Assembly: GCF_036321535.1 (NCBI RefSeq) | Contig: NC_087437.1 | Coordinates: 102,054,001-102,118,000, forward strand | Direction: 5' to 3' | Source: Camelus dromedarius | Lineage: Eukaryota | Length of the DNA stretch: 64,000 nucleotides | Shown: piece after piece, positions 53,741 to 64,000 of the stretch | How the letters are laid out: every line of letters starts with the position of its first letter | Position numbering within the stretch: position 1 is the first letter of the stretch | Program-made: the position numbers and the translations under genes | The notes under the pieces: model-generated | Told to the model about the DNA's origin: nothing | What the model saw: only the letters and a program-made list of their open reading frames with translations | The model's database searches: none

Positions 53741-55652
53741 GTCACTGTTTTGTGTGAAGAAAATGTTTAATTTAATTTATAGAAAAAGAGGGACAGCTGC
53801 ATTTCAGTTGATGCTTTACTCATATTGGATTAGATCATATTTGAAAAATTTTTTTCAACATTATTATGTAAAATATTTAATTTACTTACTTAGGAACTTT
53901 ATAAAATATTTTCTAGTAAAATTATTATGAAGTACACATGTAGAAAATTCACAATGGAAATCAGTTAAAAGTATTTCTTAAAATATTTTATGACCCTATT
54001 GCATGATGGTGTACTTTAACAGAAGTCAAAAAAGTGGCATTAGCTAATGACAAAATTAAATTGATAAATAATTAAGAATTCCAGTTACACAGATTTGTTT
54101 ATGTGTAAACCTATTATTTAAATGGAAACTGATTTACGTAAAAAAAAAAAAAACAAACCTTCAGACCATTTCTGATGTTTATTTATCTACATACAGTAAC
54201 AATGTAATAGGACCCAAAAGAAAATAAAATGATACTAAAAATAAATGACCTTTCCTTACTGAAACAATTGGTGAATAGTTTATCTTGCTGAATGCACTTG
54301 GATTCTCATCTAACTAAAACATTCAATGGCATGAGAATGTCATGGAGAAATAAGTCTTGGTGAGAAAAAATAAATTAAAAGCAACAAAATATTTAGCTTA
54401 ATTTAAAATCCTTGTTTACAAAAGGTGTTATTTCATTTTAAATCATTTAGTTTGACATTTTAAAAAAAACACTCTCTACAAAAATAAAAATCTTAAATAT
54501 TATGATCTTCCCTAATTTTATTTTAGAAATAATAATTAAGTATATTGAGTCAATTTATTTCATGGGATAAATATTTTAATCCTAAAAGAAAAATTAGTTT
54601 GAAATAAGGATAATGTGACAACCCCTAATAAATGAGCTGATTTGCACCTGTTTAACTTGACACTGTTAGAAGCTACATACTTATTTTAAATATAAAAGTA
54701 TTGCTCATCATTGGGGTTTGAAGTTAATTTAGTCAAAATGCCACTTTTTATTCATAGGTTGATAGATAAACATAGAAGTTATGCTGAAGAAGATCAAATG
54801 CCAAAATTATTATAGTTACAGTCCACTGTAACACTCACGTTTATAGCTTTAGCTCAGATGGCTCTCCAGTAATTCTTTCCATATTACCAGCACTTGTTCA
54901 CTTATTTCACCAATGGCAGTAGGCAAGTGTAGACCTCCAACAACGAGACAGAAAACACGGTTAAACCTTCTGTACAGAAACCAGGGCTAGAATGTGGGGA
55001 TGATGCTGCTGCCCACTTTCTTCCCCAATCAGATGAGTCATCTCTCCTTCCCTGGATGACAATGAGTAAAGTTAGAGGCAGGAGACCAGGAGAATAACTA
55101 AGTACTGTAATATGAACAGAGAGCCCCTTCAATCACTATTAGTCCAGTAAAACAAGAAGTCAGGGAAACAGAGTTCAGAAATCCTATCCTCGCTCTCACC
55201 AGGGCTAACTTTGCCAAAGTAGTTAGTAGGTTAACCCGAAGAATTTGGGATAATTTCTACCCTTAAGTTATCTTCCATTTCCAGAATTCGATGTGGTTAA
55301 GACTTTTGGGGAAAATTATAGTTTGGTCAAATTATTAGTGATTTTAACAAAAGAAAAAAAACAATAAATATTTTTCAAAAGAAAACTGAAAGAATGTTGA
55401 CATGATTACTAGGTTGTATAAATTACATCTTTCGTGTTTGAAAAGGATTTTTATAACAGTGCTGACTTGTATTTGTGCATATTAGAAATTTAATTTGTTT
55501 TCCTATTTTTCCCCTTCGTTTTACCTTCTGTTTAAAGACTAGTTGATATCACAGAAAATCCGCTTCTCTTTATAGTCACACAGTATTTCTCCTCTGCTAA
55601 CAGGGTGAAAAACACTCCGCTCTCCCTGCCCTTTCAGTATAGGCAGACAAGC

Positions 55653-55673
55653 TGGGCAAAGTTCAGCCGGAAG
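55653..55673 (+). promoter_or_regulatory. HNF4/nuclear-receptor DR1 next to an ETS site
   Basis: TGGGCA-A-AGTTCA (55653-55665) followed by CCGGAAG (55667-55673). Confidence 0.4.
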
Positions 55674-56369
55674 CAATCACGAAAAAGAACTTAATGTGCA
55701 AATTTTGTAAAGGTTAGATTCTGGTTCTTGATACAAATTTGAAACACATGTTACAGTGTTCTGCTTTTAAGTACATTTAGCTGTACACATTTCTTTCCTC
55801 CTTATTACTGAAGAAACGGCTTATATAAATATACTTTCAGCTATATGTCTGACATGCTATGAGTGAATGTTGACATGTCCCTTAGCTCTCAAAGCGCTTG
55901 TTATGTCATTTTTGAAATGACTGCTTGGGGACATTTTCTCCAAGTTTTCTTGGAGTTTAGTGAGTCCAGAATGTGGATTTTTAGATGATAAAGTCTGTGA
56001 GTTGTATATCTGAAATCACCCACATTCCATTGCTAATAAACAGATATTAACAATCATTCTGAAGCGTACTCTTAAGTGGTACACATATAATTTATTTTCT
56101 TTTAATTAAACTATTTGAATAAAATTAAAATTAACCTAACATTGAGTTATCACTGTAAATCCAAATGTTTATCCATAATTGATAATTCTTCTTTTAAAAG
56201 AACTTCATCTTTATTTTAAATGTTACTTTTGCTCAAGCTATAATATTCACTACTCATCCTACATTTTATAATCTGTAACTTACTTCAATTTGCATACATG
56301 AAGTACCTTTTTAGTAGTTCATATCAAAATTGGAAATGAATTACTGATTTCCACATATACGAATAAGGG

Positions 56370-57500
56370 GCTTTCTAGGGAAAGATGGCACACTAAAGTC
56401 TAATTGCATGCTCAGTTTTTGCCAATGCCAAGCGATGTGATTAAAAGACAGGGGAATAGGCAACTATTAGAATGTTGCCTAGAGCAATTAAATAAGGAAA
56501 TGCATTTAACCTCACACCATAAACTTTAGGGAAGAAACAAGATATGAATGAAGATGGTGGTAAAAACCACATAATTTCACTTCTCTTCCCCAATTAAAAC
56601 AAAAAAAGACTGGATTTGCAAGAAGAAAGATTCAATAAAAATCTAAGAAATGATCTATAGAAAATTCCATATACACCTACCTAGACTTCATAAGAGATAC
56701 CAAAATATTTTTCATTGTTACAATTTTTTAAGAGTGTTGTATTGAATGAGAGAACAAGACAAGACTTATCAGGGTTGGCTATACATTCATTCTGTGCTGA
56801 AGTCCTGAATATTTAGTGGGATTTCCTTGAGGGGGAAAAAAAAGCAAAACTAGGTTCCCAGCAAGATTTCCATTGAGCACAAAACAAACTATTCTTTCTT
56901 CAAATTAAGCTTCATAAAAGAGGATAGAAGGTAGACCTCAAATTTTACCTAAAAAGGAAAGACAGCTTGGATTCAAATAAAATGGTAAGGGATTAAGAAA
57001 AAATCAAAAGCCCTGAGCAGAATTTGCCACATGAAAAATTAAAAAAAAAAAAAAAAAGTCATGACACTCCGTCATGAAAGGGAGAAAAGAGAAAGAAAGA
57101 AAACAATAATAAACACTAACATAAAAGTCAGAAACAAAATTCTTCACCATAACAGAAGAATGTGCCTCAAATACTTTGCAGTATTGAATTATGTAAAAAT
57201 GATTTAATAAAACAAGTGATCATGAATGAGATATTTTTTAATTCAGAATAAACTTTCTGAGCTAATTTCTGTTGTTTTCTGAGCTAAAGATATCAATTGA
57301 GAATCAAAATATCACATAAAATTTTAAAGATTACATGGAATAAAATGGATGTGATTAAAAACTGAATTTCAATCAATACAGGGGAAACGACTAAAAGCTG
57401 CTTATTTTACAAAGAAGATGATACATATGGCGGGGAGAAAAGGAAATATCCATGTCCCCAAGTGAGAATCATAGTATGTAGAATAGAAAAACATATATAT
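56370..57500 (+). mobile_element. Very old L1ME/HAL1-like 5'/ORF1 remnant
   Basis: Starts near 'aagatggc', then an A-rich ORF1-like stretch; heavily degraded. Confidence 0.35.
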
Positions 57501-58484
57501 ATAGTAATGTAAGAATTTTTTTTTAATTTTTAGAAATAATTTTGCTATTTATTTAAAGTGAAATAAATTTAATATTACATATTCAGTTAGCATCTATAAC
57601 AGTATTATGATTATATCACATATCTATTCTGCTCTTCATATTAATAGAGAGATGGCTGGAAACATTATTGTTAAATACCATGGTCCGTGTTGCTGGAGAC
57701 ATCACAAACTATCTCAGTAGGTTGCTTGCAGAGGTAGGGGTGCATTTTTTTTTTTAAATTTATGGTGGAAAACCAGGTGAATCCCATTAGTAATCAATAA
57801 TTTTCATGGTGGCATAAGAGTTTAGGGAAGCAGATGTCTTCCAAGTGAAGCCTGCCTTCCCCACTATAAACAAAGGGAATTCAAAGGTCCTTAAATTGGG
57901 CTGGAAAACAAAGTACTCAAAATTATTTTCCTGTTTCTGTGATCCTTTAAAATGAAGGTTTTAATCTTTCCAGGCTCTGAGATGATACATGAGGGTGAGA
58001 AATGATATGTGTCTTTGAGAAAGAAAGGGTCTCATTGACAGTTAAGTTTTTTTTTCAGCTATTGTTAGAAAAAAGTCAAGAATATAGATTTGGAATAAAC
58101 AATTATGGCTTCAACAACCAAGAAATATTACAATCTAGTGTATGGGAAAAGATTTTGATTGTTTTACCTTCAGATGCTCAATCAAACTGGTTTATCTTGA
58201 AAAGAGGGAAAAATCTAGTCTATCAACTATATGTTGAAGTGGGGGGGAGGGGGTGGTCCTCAATTTAGCAAGCCAGAAATAGAAATAGTAGAAGAATCAG
58301 ATACAGCCACACTCTATGCTTATGGAGGAGAAGTTCAACCCCTTGGGCTTTTATTTTACAAAATTAGACCATTTCATGTGGCTGAGAGGCATAAACACAC
58401 TCACCATTCTTTACTTTCATAGAAGAAAGATATGTGTTTGAAGGAGTAACAGGAAAAGTGAAACCAGGCAATGTACTCAATGTG

Positions 58485-58675
58485 TTAGACGTCTCAACTC
58501 CCTTTAAGAAAGCCCTGAGGTTGATCTGATTAATATCTGTATTTAGAGAAGTAAACTGAGGCACAAAGGAGTTACATTACCTGTCAAAATCACATAATAA
58601 GTGAGAGGGATGAGATTCTAATCCATGCATCAAAAACCAAGAGCCTGAGTACTTCTCTACGATGTATTGGCTGTC
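58485..58675 (-). mobile_element. MIR
   Basis: 'gagaagtaaactgaggcacaaaggagtta...cctgtcaaaatcaca...taagtg'. Confidence 0.8.
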
Positions 58676-58684
58676 CTTACTGTT

Positions 58685-58710
58685 ATCATCATCATCATCA
58701 TCATCATCAT
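58685..58710 (+). repeat. (ATC)n microsatellite
   Basis: About 8 ATC units, read directly. Confidence 0.95.
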
Positions 58711-59350
58711 ATCTTGCATTTATCTTTACTCCTTTCCTTTTCAATTTCATCTCATCTTTACATTCACAAAGAGAAAAGGATGTGTGAAAAGACATTGCAT
58801 GGAAACAGCTTGTTTGTTCTCCCTGTGCTGATGGTGTGCATTCAGCCCTCCTTAGGCCTGAATGTTCGCCACAGACAATTAAGCAGATGATAGATGAACT
58901 CTTGGTTTTCCTGGGATGTAAAATAAACTGTACTGAGTCTGAAAATATCAACATGCAATATGAATGATGCGTCCTTGCAGACGAGTTTGCATTTCTGTCA
59001 GCCTCAAATTGGTTTGCATTGTTGAGCCATAAACATGTCACAATATTGTTTAACTGTCAACAAAGTGTATTTTTTTGCCCACTGAGCTAAATATAAAAAT
59101 CCAATATTACTGCATAATCATATTTTGTTCATGAGATGGCAAAATATGGCAATTAATATATTTCAGTGATAAAAATTATATTAACAAAAGTATGGTGAAT
59201 ATATATGAATACACACATGCACACACACACACACATTTCAATGTAGGTCAATGTACTCTAAATCATATTCCTAGCACTATTTGGTGCTTACTCTGTATTT
59301 GTTGACTGAATTCATACTTGTTCAATGCATGCCTTATTTCAAGGTCTGAC

Positions 59351-59376
59351 TTTTTTTTTTTTTTTTTTTTTTTTTT
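59351..59376 (+). repeat. Poly(T)26
   Basis: Read directly. Confidence 0.95.
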
Positions 59377-60419
59377 GGCAATACTGACCTCTATGTAGTG
59401 GAAAAAAAATTTGTTCAAAATAAAGTGCATGAGAAGAATAAAACTGTACATATTTATCTTGGAAATGAACTACAAAGTTAGCAAGTCATAGAAAAGTAAA
59501 TATATATATATATATAATCTTAACGTATTCTCATAATTTTCTCCACTTTACATGCATATTTGATGAAAGTGTAAAATTTTCATGGGAAGAGACACAAGTT
59601 ACTTCTGTAGAATGTGGGACTGGAAGGAATGTTGGATGGGATTTAACTGCAGAATATGTGTTTTGTTTTAAAAAAAAAATCAAAGCACAATTGACCCAAT
59701 GAATAAATGACAAAACACTGAATAGTGGCTACAGGGGTGTCTCATTAGTTTTGGTATGTTTCTGTACTTTTTTCAGATACTTAACATTTAAAATTCAAAC
59801 AAATTAGAAAGATAAAGCAAAAGCTCAAGATGTGTGAGAAAGTATCAGTGTATTTATGAAATATATTTAAATCGAGAAGTACATACATTTATTTTAAAGG
59901 TCATCTTCAAACAGGCAGTGAAGAAAATTCTCGAAAACAAGAATTACTTCTTTGGAAGTCTGGTGATGGACTAATTGAATCCTTTTATTGACAGTGCAAC
60001 TTTTGTATAGAATCATGTCAAAGTATTTGGGAAAAATGTCATCAGGATATGAATATTTATACTAGAAAAAAGCTTAAATGAGACATAATTTTTGAAGTGG
60101 AAAAAATTCATAAATTACTTAATCAACATTCCCAGGATAATAGGACTACACTTAAATAAACATTTACTTGTGCGAAAATCATACCTGGTAATTATGAGGG
60201 GAGGAGAGGTGAAGAATAGAATTTATTAAAATTTCCATGAAGCCCACCCATGTCACATTCCTGTTACTAAATTAAAATTTCCATGTATATACACCATGCA
60301 TAAAGAATCTTCGTATGTGTTAAACCTGATTATTGGCTGGGATATTGGATCAGTGCTGCTAAGTTTACCAGTAATGGAGCCAATAGCATAAATTCAGAAA
60401 TTAAAAATATAAAGTCAAT

Positions 60420-60860
60420 CAGAGAGGAACTTGGGAGATATGTACTACACAAAGCAAAAACAGGAAGCACAAGGGACTTCAGAGAGAAAAATGTCTGGTA
60501 CATTAAAACAGCAAAGATGTGGGCGCATCTGAATCATAAGGTTTAGTGGAATGGGGAAGATTGTGATTGAGGGGAGATGGGTGAGTTAGTCAGGGGCCAC
60601 GTTATGTTGGCCATGATATTTAGGAGTGTAAATGTTTTTGCAGTTTGGAGTGGGGACCTTATTAAAAGGCTTTAAGTCAAAGAATGGCAAAATCTGAAGT
60701 AGGCTTTCAAATTATTTTAGTTGCAAAAGTAAAAGAATGAATACCAATAGAAGACTATTGCAAGTAATCCAGATGAAAAATGATGCTACCTTGCACCAAG
60801 ATTGAGTTAACAGAGATGAGAAAGCAGACGGATTGAAGATATATTTAGGAGCTACAATAT
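60420..60860 (-). mobile_element. L2 fragment
   Basis: 'ggctttaagtcaaagaatggcaaaatctga', 'gactattgcaagtaatccagatga', 'gattgaagatatatttagga'. Confidence 0.7.
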
Positions 60861-60939
60861 GTGAAAGTGTGTTGCTGATGTTATGCTAAGAAATCTCTTT
60901 ATTCATCAATCACACAGTTTTTGAAAAAACAATACTTAG

Positions 60940-62650
60940 CTATGTTCATTCTATTCAGTGTACAAATATTTATTGATCATCCATCAAATGTTGGGCACTT
61001 TTCTACATCAGCAGTAAAACATATAAGGATATCTTTTATTTTATGTTATGTTATTTTTGAACTTAAATAAATTTATTGAAGTATAGCTGACTTACAATAT
61101 TATATTGGTTTCAGGTGTACAGCATAGTGATTTCACATCTTTATAGATTTTATAGCATACAGAGTTCTAATGTTATTGATTCTATTCCTTGTGCTGTACA
61201 TTACATCCCTGTGACATACAATTTATGTCTATTATAACTAATATGTACCTCTAAATCTCCTTCACCTATTTTGTTCATCGTCCCAACACCCCTCTCCTTT
61301 AGCCACTAGTTTGTTCTCTGTATCTGTGAGTCTGTTTCTGTTTTGTTATATTTGTTCATTTGTTTTGGTCTTTAGATTCTACATATAAGTGAAAATATCC
61401 AGTATTTGTCTTTCTCCATCTAACTTATTTCACTAAGCATCTTTGATGTTGCAAATGGAAAGATTTCATTCTTTTTATGGATTTCTTTTATTTTAATAAG
61501 AAGAGAGTTGATAAGCAAACACAGACACAAAGTAACATATTTACTAAGAAAATCACATAGTGGGTGAGAGAGTGAGAAAGTGATAAACGCTGAGGGGGTG
61601 GTAAAATAAATAAGGGGGGCACTGAGTCCCCTGGTGGGGAAGGGGAAGGAGCGCTCTACAGAATGAAAGAGAATCATTAGGATGGGACTTCCTGTATAGA
61701 TGGCATTTGAGAATAGGATTACATGAGGTAAAGAAATTAACCATATTGATATCGGGGGGCTGTCTCAAATTAGGCAGACAGAGGTATCAGGAAGGAAAAA
61801 GGCCAGCAGGGTAAGGGCTAGAATTTTAACAACAATCAAAGTGGGGAGCCAATGTGTCTGAAGCAGGAAAAATGAAGAGAATCACGGGAGGTGAGGTCAG
61901 AGTGCCCAGAGGGAGGGTATTAAAACCTACAGCACCTTTAGGGCATTGTAAGGACTCTGGGACTATAAGAAGTTGTAACATTTTGAGGAGACGGTGAAAT
62001 TATATAACAAGTTAAATAATGACTCTGGATTCTGTGTCAAGATTATATTCTAGTAAAGCAGAGTGAGAAACTAGAGACAACTGATATAGAGGGGTTAAAG
62101 CAATCAAGGAGAGAAGATACGGTGTTTTCCCCAAGATGGTAGCTGTGGGTGTGTTGGTAAGTGGCCGGATTAAGAATACATGTTGAAGACTGAGAAAATA
62201 GTATTTCCTGATGAATTCAACGAGGAGGGTAAGAAATAAGGAGATATTAGTATGTTGCTGTTTATTGTGTTTATTATTTTTTTTTTGGTTGCCATTAATT
62301 TCAATTAGAAAGTTCTGGAGGGATTAAGCTTTCTCTCATGGATGAAATAACCAGTTCAACTTTAAACATGCTAAGTTAGAAAATTTTAAGTGGAGAGGTC
62401 TGGTATATTTAAGTTTGACATTTAGAAAAGTTTGAATGAAAAATATAATTTACAAATTATTGTACACACAGAAGACTTAAAGCCAAGGGACTTAATGAGA
62501 AAATTAAGAGTGCTTAGATAGTGCCTATATGAGGTTCTTGATCATGAATTTAAAGTTGGATCACTTAACCTAAGTAACAGACAGGAAGCTAGATTTGGAT
62601 AGAGTTGTTGTAGTTCTGAGACAATATGAGTAAATGAGAGCATAGCAAAG
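60940..62650 (-). mobile_element. Long L2 (3' end at left) split by an L1
   Basis: 'ttcattctattcagtgtacaaatatttattga' terminus; later 'gggaggtgaggtcagag', 'ggcattgtaaggactctgg', 'actctggattctgtgt'. Confidence 0.8.
61044..61478 (-). mobile_element. 5'-truncated L1 3' end with a 17-bp TSD
   Basis: 'tttattgaagtatagctgacttacaatatt...ttcaggtgtacagcatagtgat...tagattctacatataagtga'; TSD ggatatcttttatttta (61027-61043) / ggatttcttttatttta (61479-61495). Confidence 0.92.
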
Positions 62651-63285
62651 TGTACACAAAGGACGCTTGTTTCTTGCTGTGTTCCATGTACTCTTGCCGT
62701 CTCCCGTTCCCTCACTGTTGCTCAGCAGTACTGCCACCCTGTCTAAATCTAACTTTCTCCTTCTCACTGAAATTAATGCTGAAATTAGCTTGCCTCTCAG
62801 GTCTGGGGCTTCTGATTTTTTGAGGGAATTTTTTTGGGGGATCTCATTTTATCTTTAATATGATACACTAATATAAAGCTAAATAAAAATAAAATGTGTA
62901 TCTCTTCTTTTTTAGGTGATTAATCAAGTCCCTAGGCAAACCTAAGAACAAAACAAACAAATGAAAAACATAAATAAAAGTTTAACTCTTAATAAAAAGC
63001 TAGATCATTTTCTTAAATACTTAAGCAAAAGCTTTCTGCAAACATTTCATAACTTACACTAAATGGGAATGGAAAAAAGACCATTAATTTTGTGTATGTG
63101 TTTTTCTGCTTTGTTTCTAGCTAAAGAAGCTACCCTGTTCAAGATCATTTCTTTAGAAGATTTTTTTTTAAATAAAAGTAGTGACACTAAAAATCCACCA
63201 CAGTTTTCCTTTGAGATGTAAAGCCTATCTTTTTAAAAAAGCTCACTATACTGTATTTTCAGCTTCACATTGTACCTACATATCG

Positions 63286-64000
63286 TTATTGAGGAACCTC
63301 TGAACTCTTTTCTGTAGGGACTGCACCAATTTACATTCCCACTAACAGTGTATAAGTAGTCCCTTTTCTTCTCATTCTCTACAACATTTCTTATTTGTAG
63401 ACTTTTTGATGACAGCCATTCTGATAGGTGTGAGGTGATACCTCATTGTAGTTTTAATTTGCATTTCTCAAATGATTAGCAATGTTGAGCATCTTTTCAT
63501 ATGCCTGTTAGCCATCTGTATGTCTCCTTTGAAAAATGTCAAAGAACGAAAATATAACTACCATATGCTCTAGGAATTCCACTCCTGGGTACATATGCAA
63601 AAAAAATCCAGAACCACTAATTCGAAAAGATACATGCACTTCCATGTTCGTAGCAGTGTTATTTACAAAAGCCAAGATATAGAAGCAACCTAATTGCCCA
63701 TAAACAGATAAATGCATAAAGAAAATGTGGTAAATATATACAATGGAATATTACTCAGTCACAAAAAATGAAATTCTGCCATTTGCAACTAAGTGGATGG
63801 ACTGAGAGAATATATGCTTAATGAAATAAGTCAGAGAAAAATAAATAATGTATATTATCATTTTATGTAGAATCTAAAAAATAAAACAAACAAATGTATA
63901 TAACAAAACAGAGACAGACTCACAGATACAGAAAAAAAAAAAAAAAAAAAAACTAACGGTTACCAGAGGGAAAAGTGAAGAGGGGAGGGGCAAAATAGGG
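63286..64000 (+). mobile_element. L1 3' region with a 5' inversion (63286-63540 antisense, 63541-64000 sense), running off the window
   Basis: The antisense block reverse-complements to '...gttcagaggttcctcaataa'; the sense block starts 'aaagaacgaaaatataactaccatatg', the next segment of the L1 consensus. Confidence 0.92.

Noticed and set aside
1480..55040. Numerous AP-1 (TGASTCA) and octamer (ATGCAAAT) matches
   Set aside because: Scattered 7-8-mers, many inside repeats and not clearly beyond chance in AT-rich DNA
58577..59041. Longest ORF (154 aa, minus strand) with a poly-Asp run
   Set aside because: The poly-D comes from the (ATC)n microsatellite and the C-terminus is MIR sequence; no recognisable protein
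1..64000. CRISPR array, operon or prokaryotic defence system
   Set aside because: The sequence is mammalian repeat-rich DNA with no regularly spaced repeat-spacer array and no gene-dense ORFs

Overview
AT-rich, CpG-depleted mammalian (eutherian) DNA that is intergenic or deep-intronic; it is not prokaryotic. I found no recognisable protein-coding gene, rRNA, tRNA or CRISPR array, and the ORF track is chance ORFs, many inside repeats. A large fraction is decayed interspersed repeats: L1 of several ages, L2, MIR, MaLR (MLT1) LTRs, an LTR33-like ERVL LTR, four ERV1-type solo LTRs, MER20, MER53 and an internally deleted Tigger1, plus microsatellites. The youngest L1 3' ends resemble the cetartiodactyl type, and I saw no ruminant, pig or cetacean SINEs, which tentatively suggests a camelid. 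Repeat family names come from my recall of consensus sequences, not a database search, and most boundaries are approximate. The most notable items are: a long hairpin capped by a cUUCGg tetraloop (~12527-12610); a speculative minus-strand multi-exon model with an open frame across three exons; a twin-primed L1; a scrambled L1; several nested insertions with readable target-site duplications (TSDs); and strong single RFX, CTCF and HNF4/ETS motifs. I cannot support a claim of a new biological system from sequence alone.
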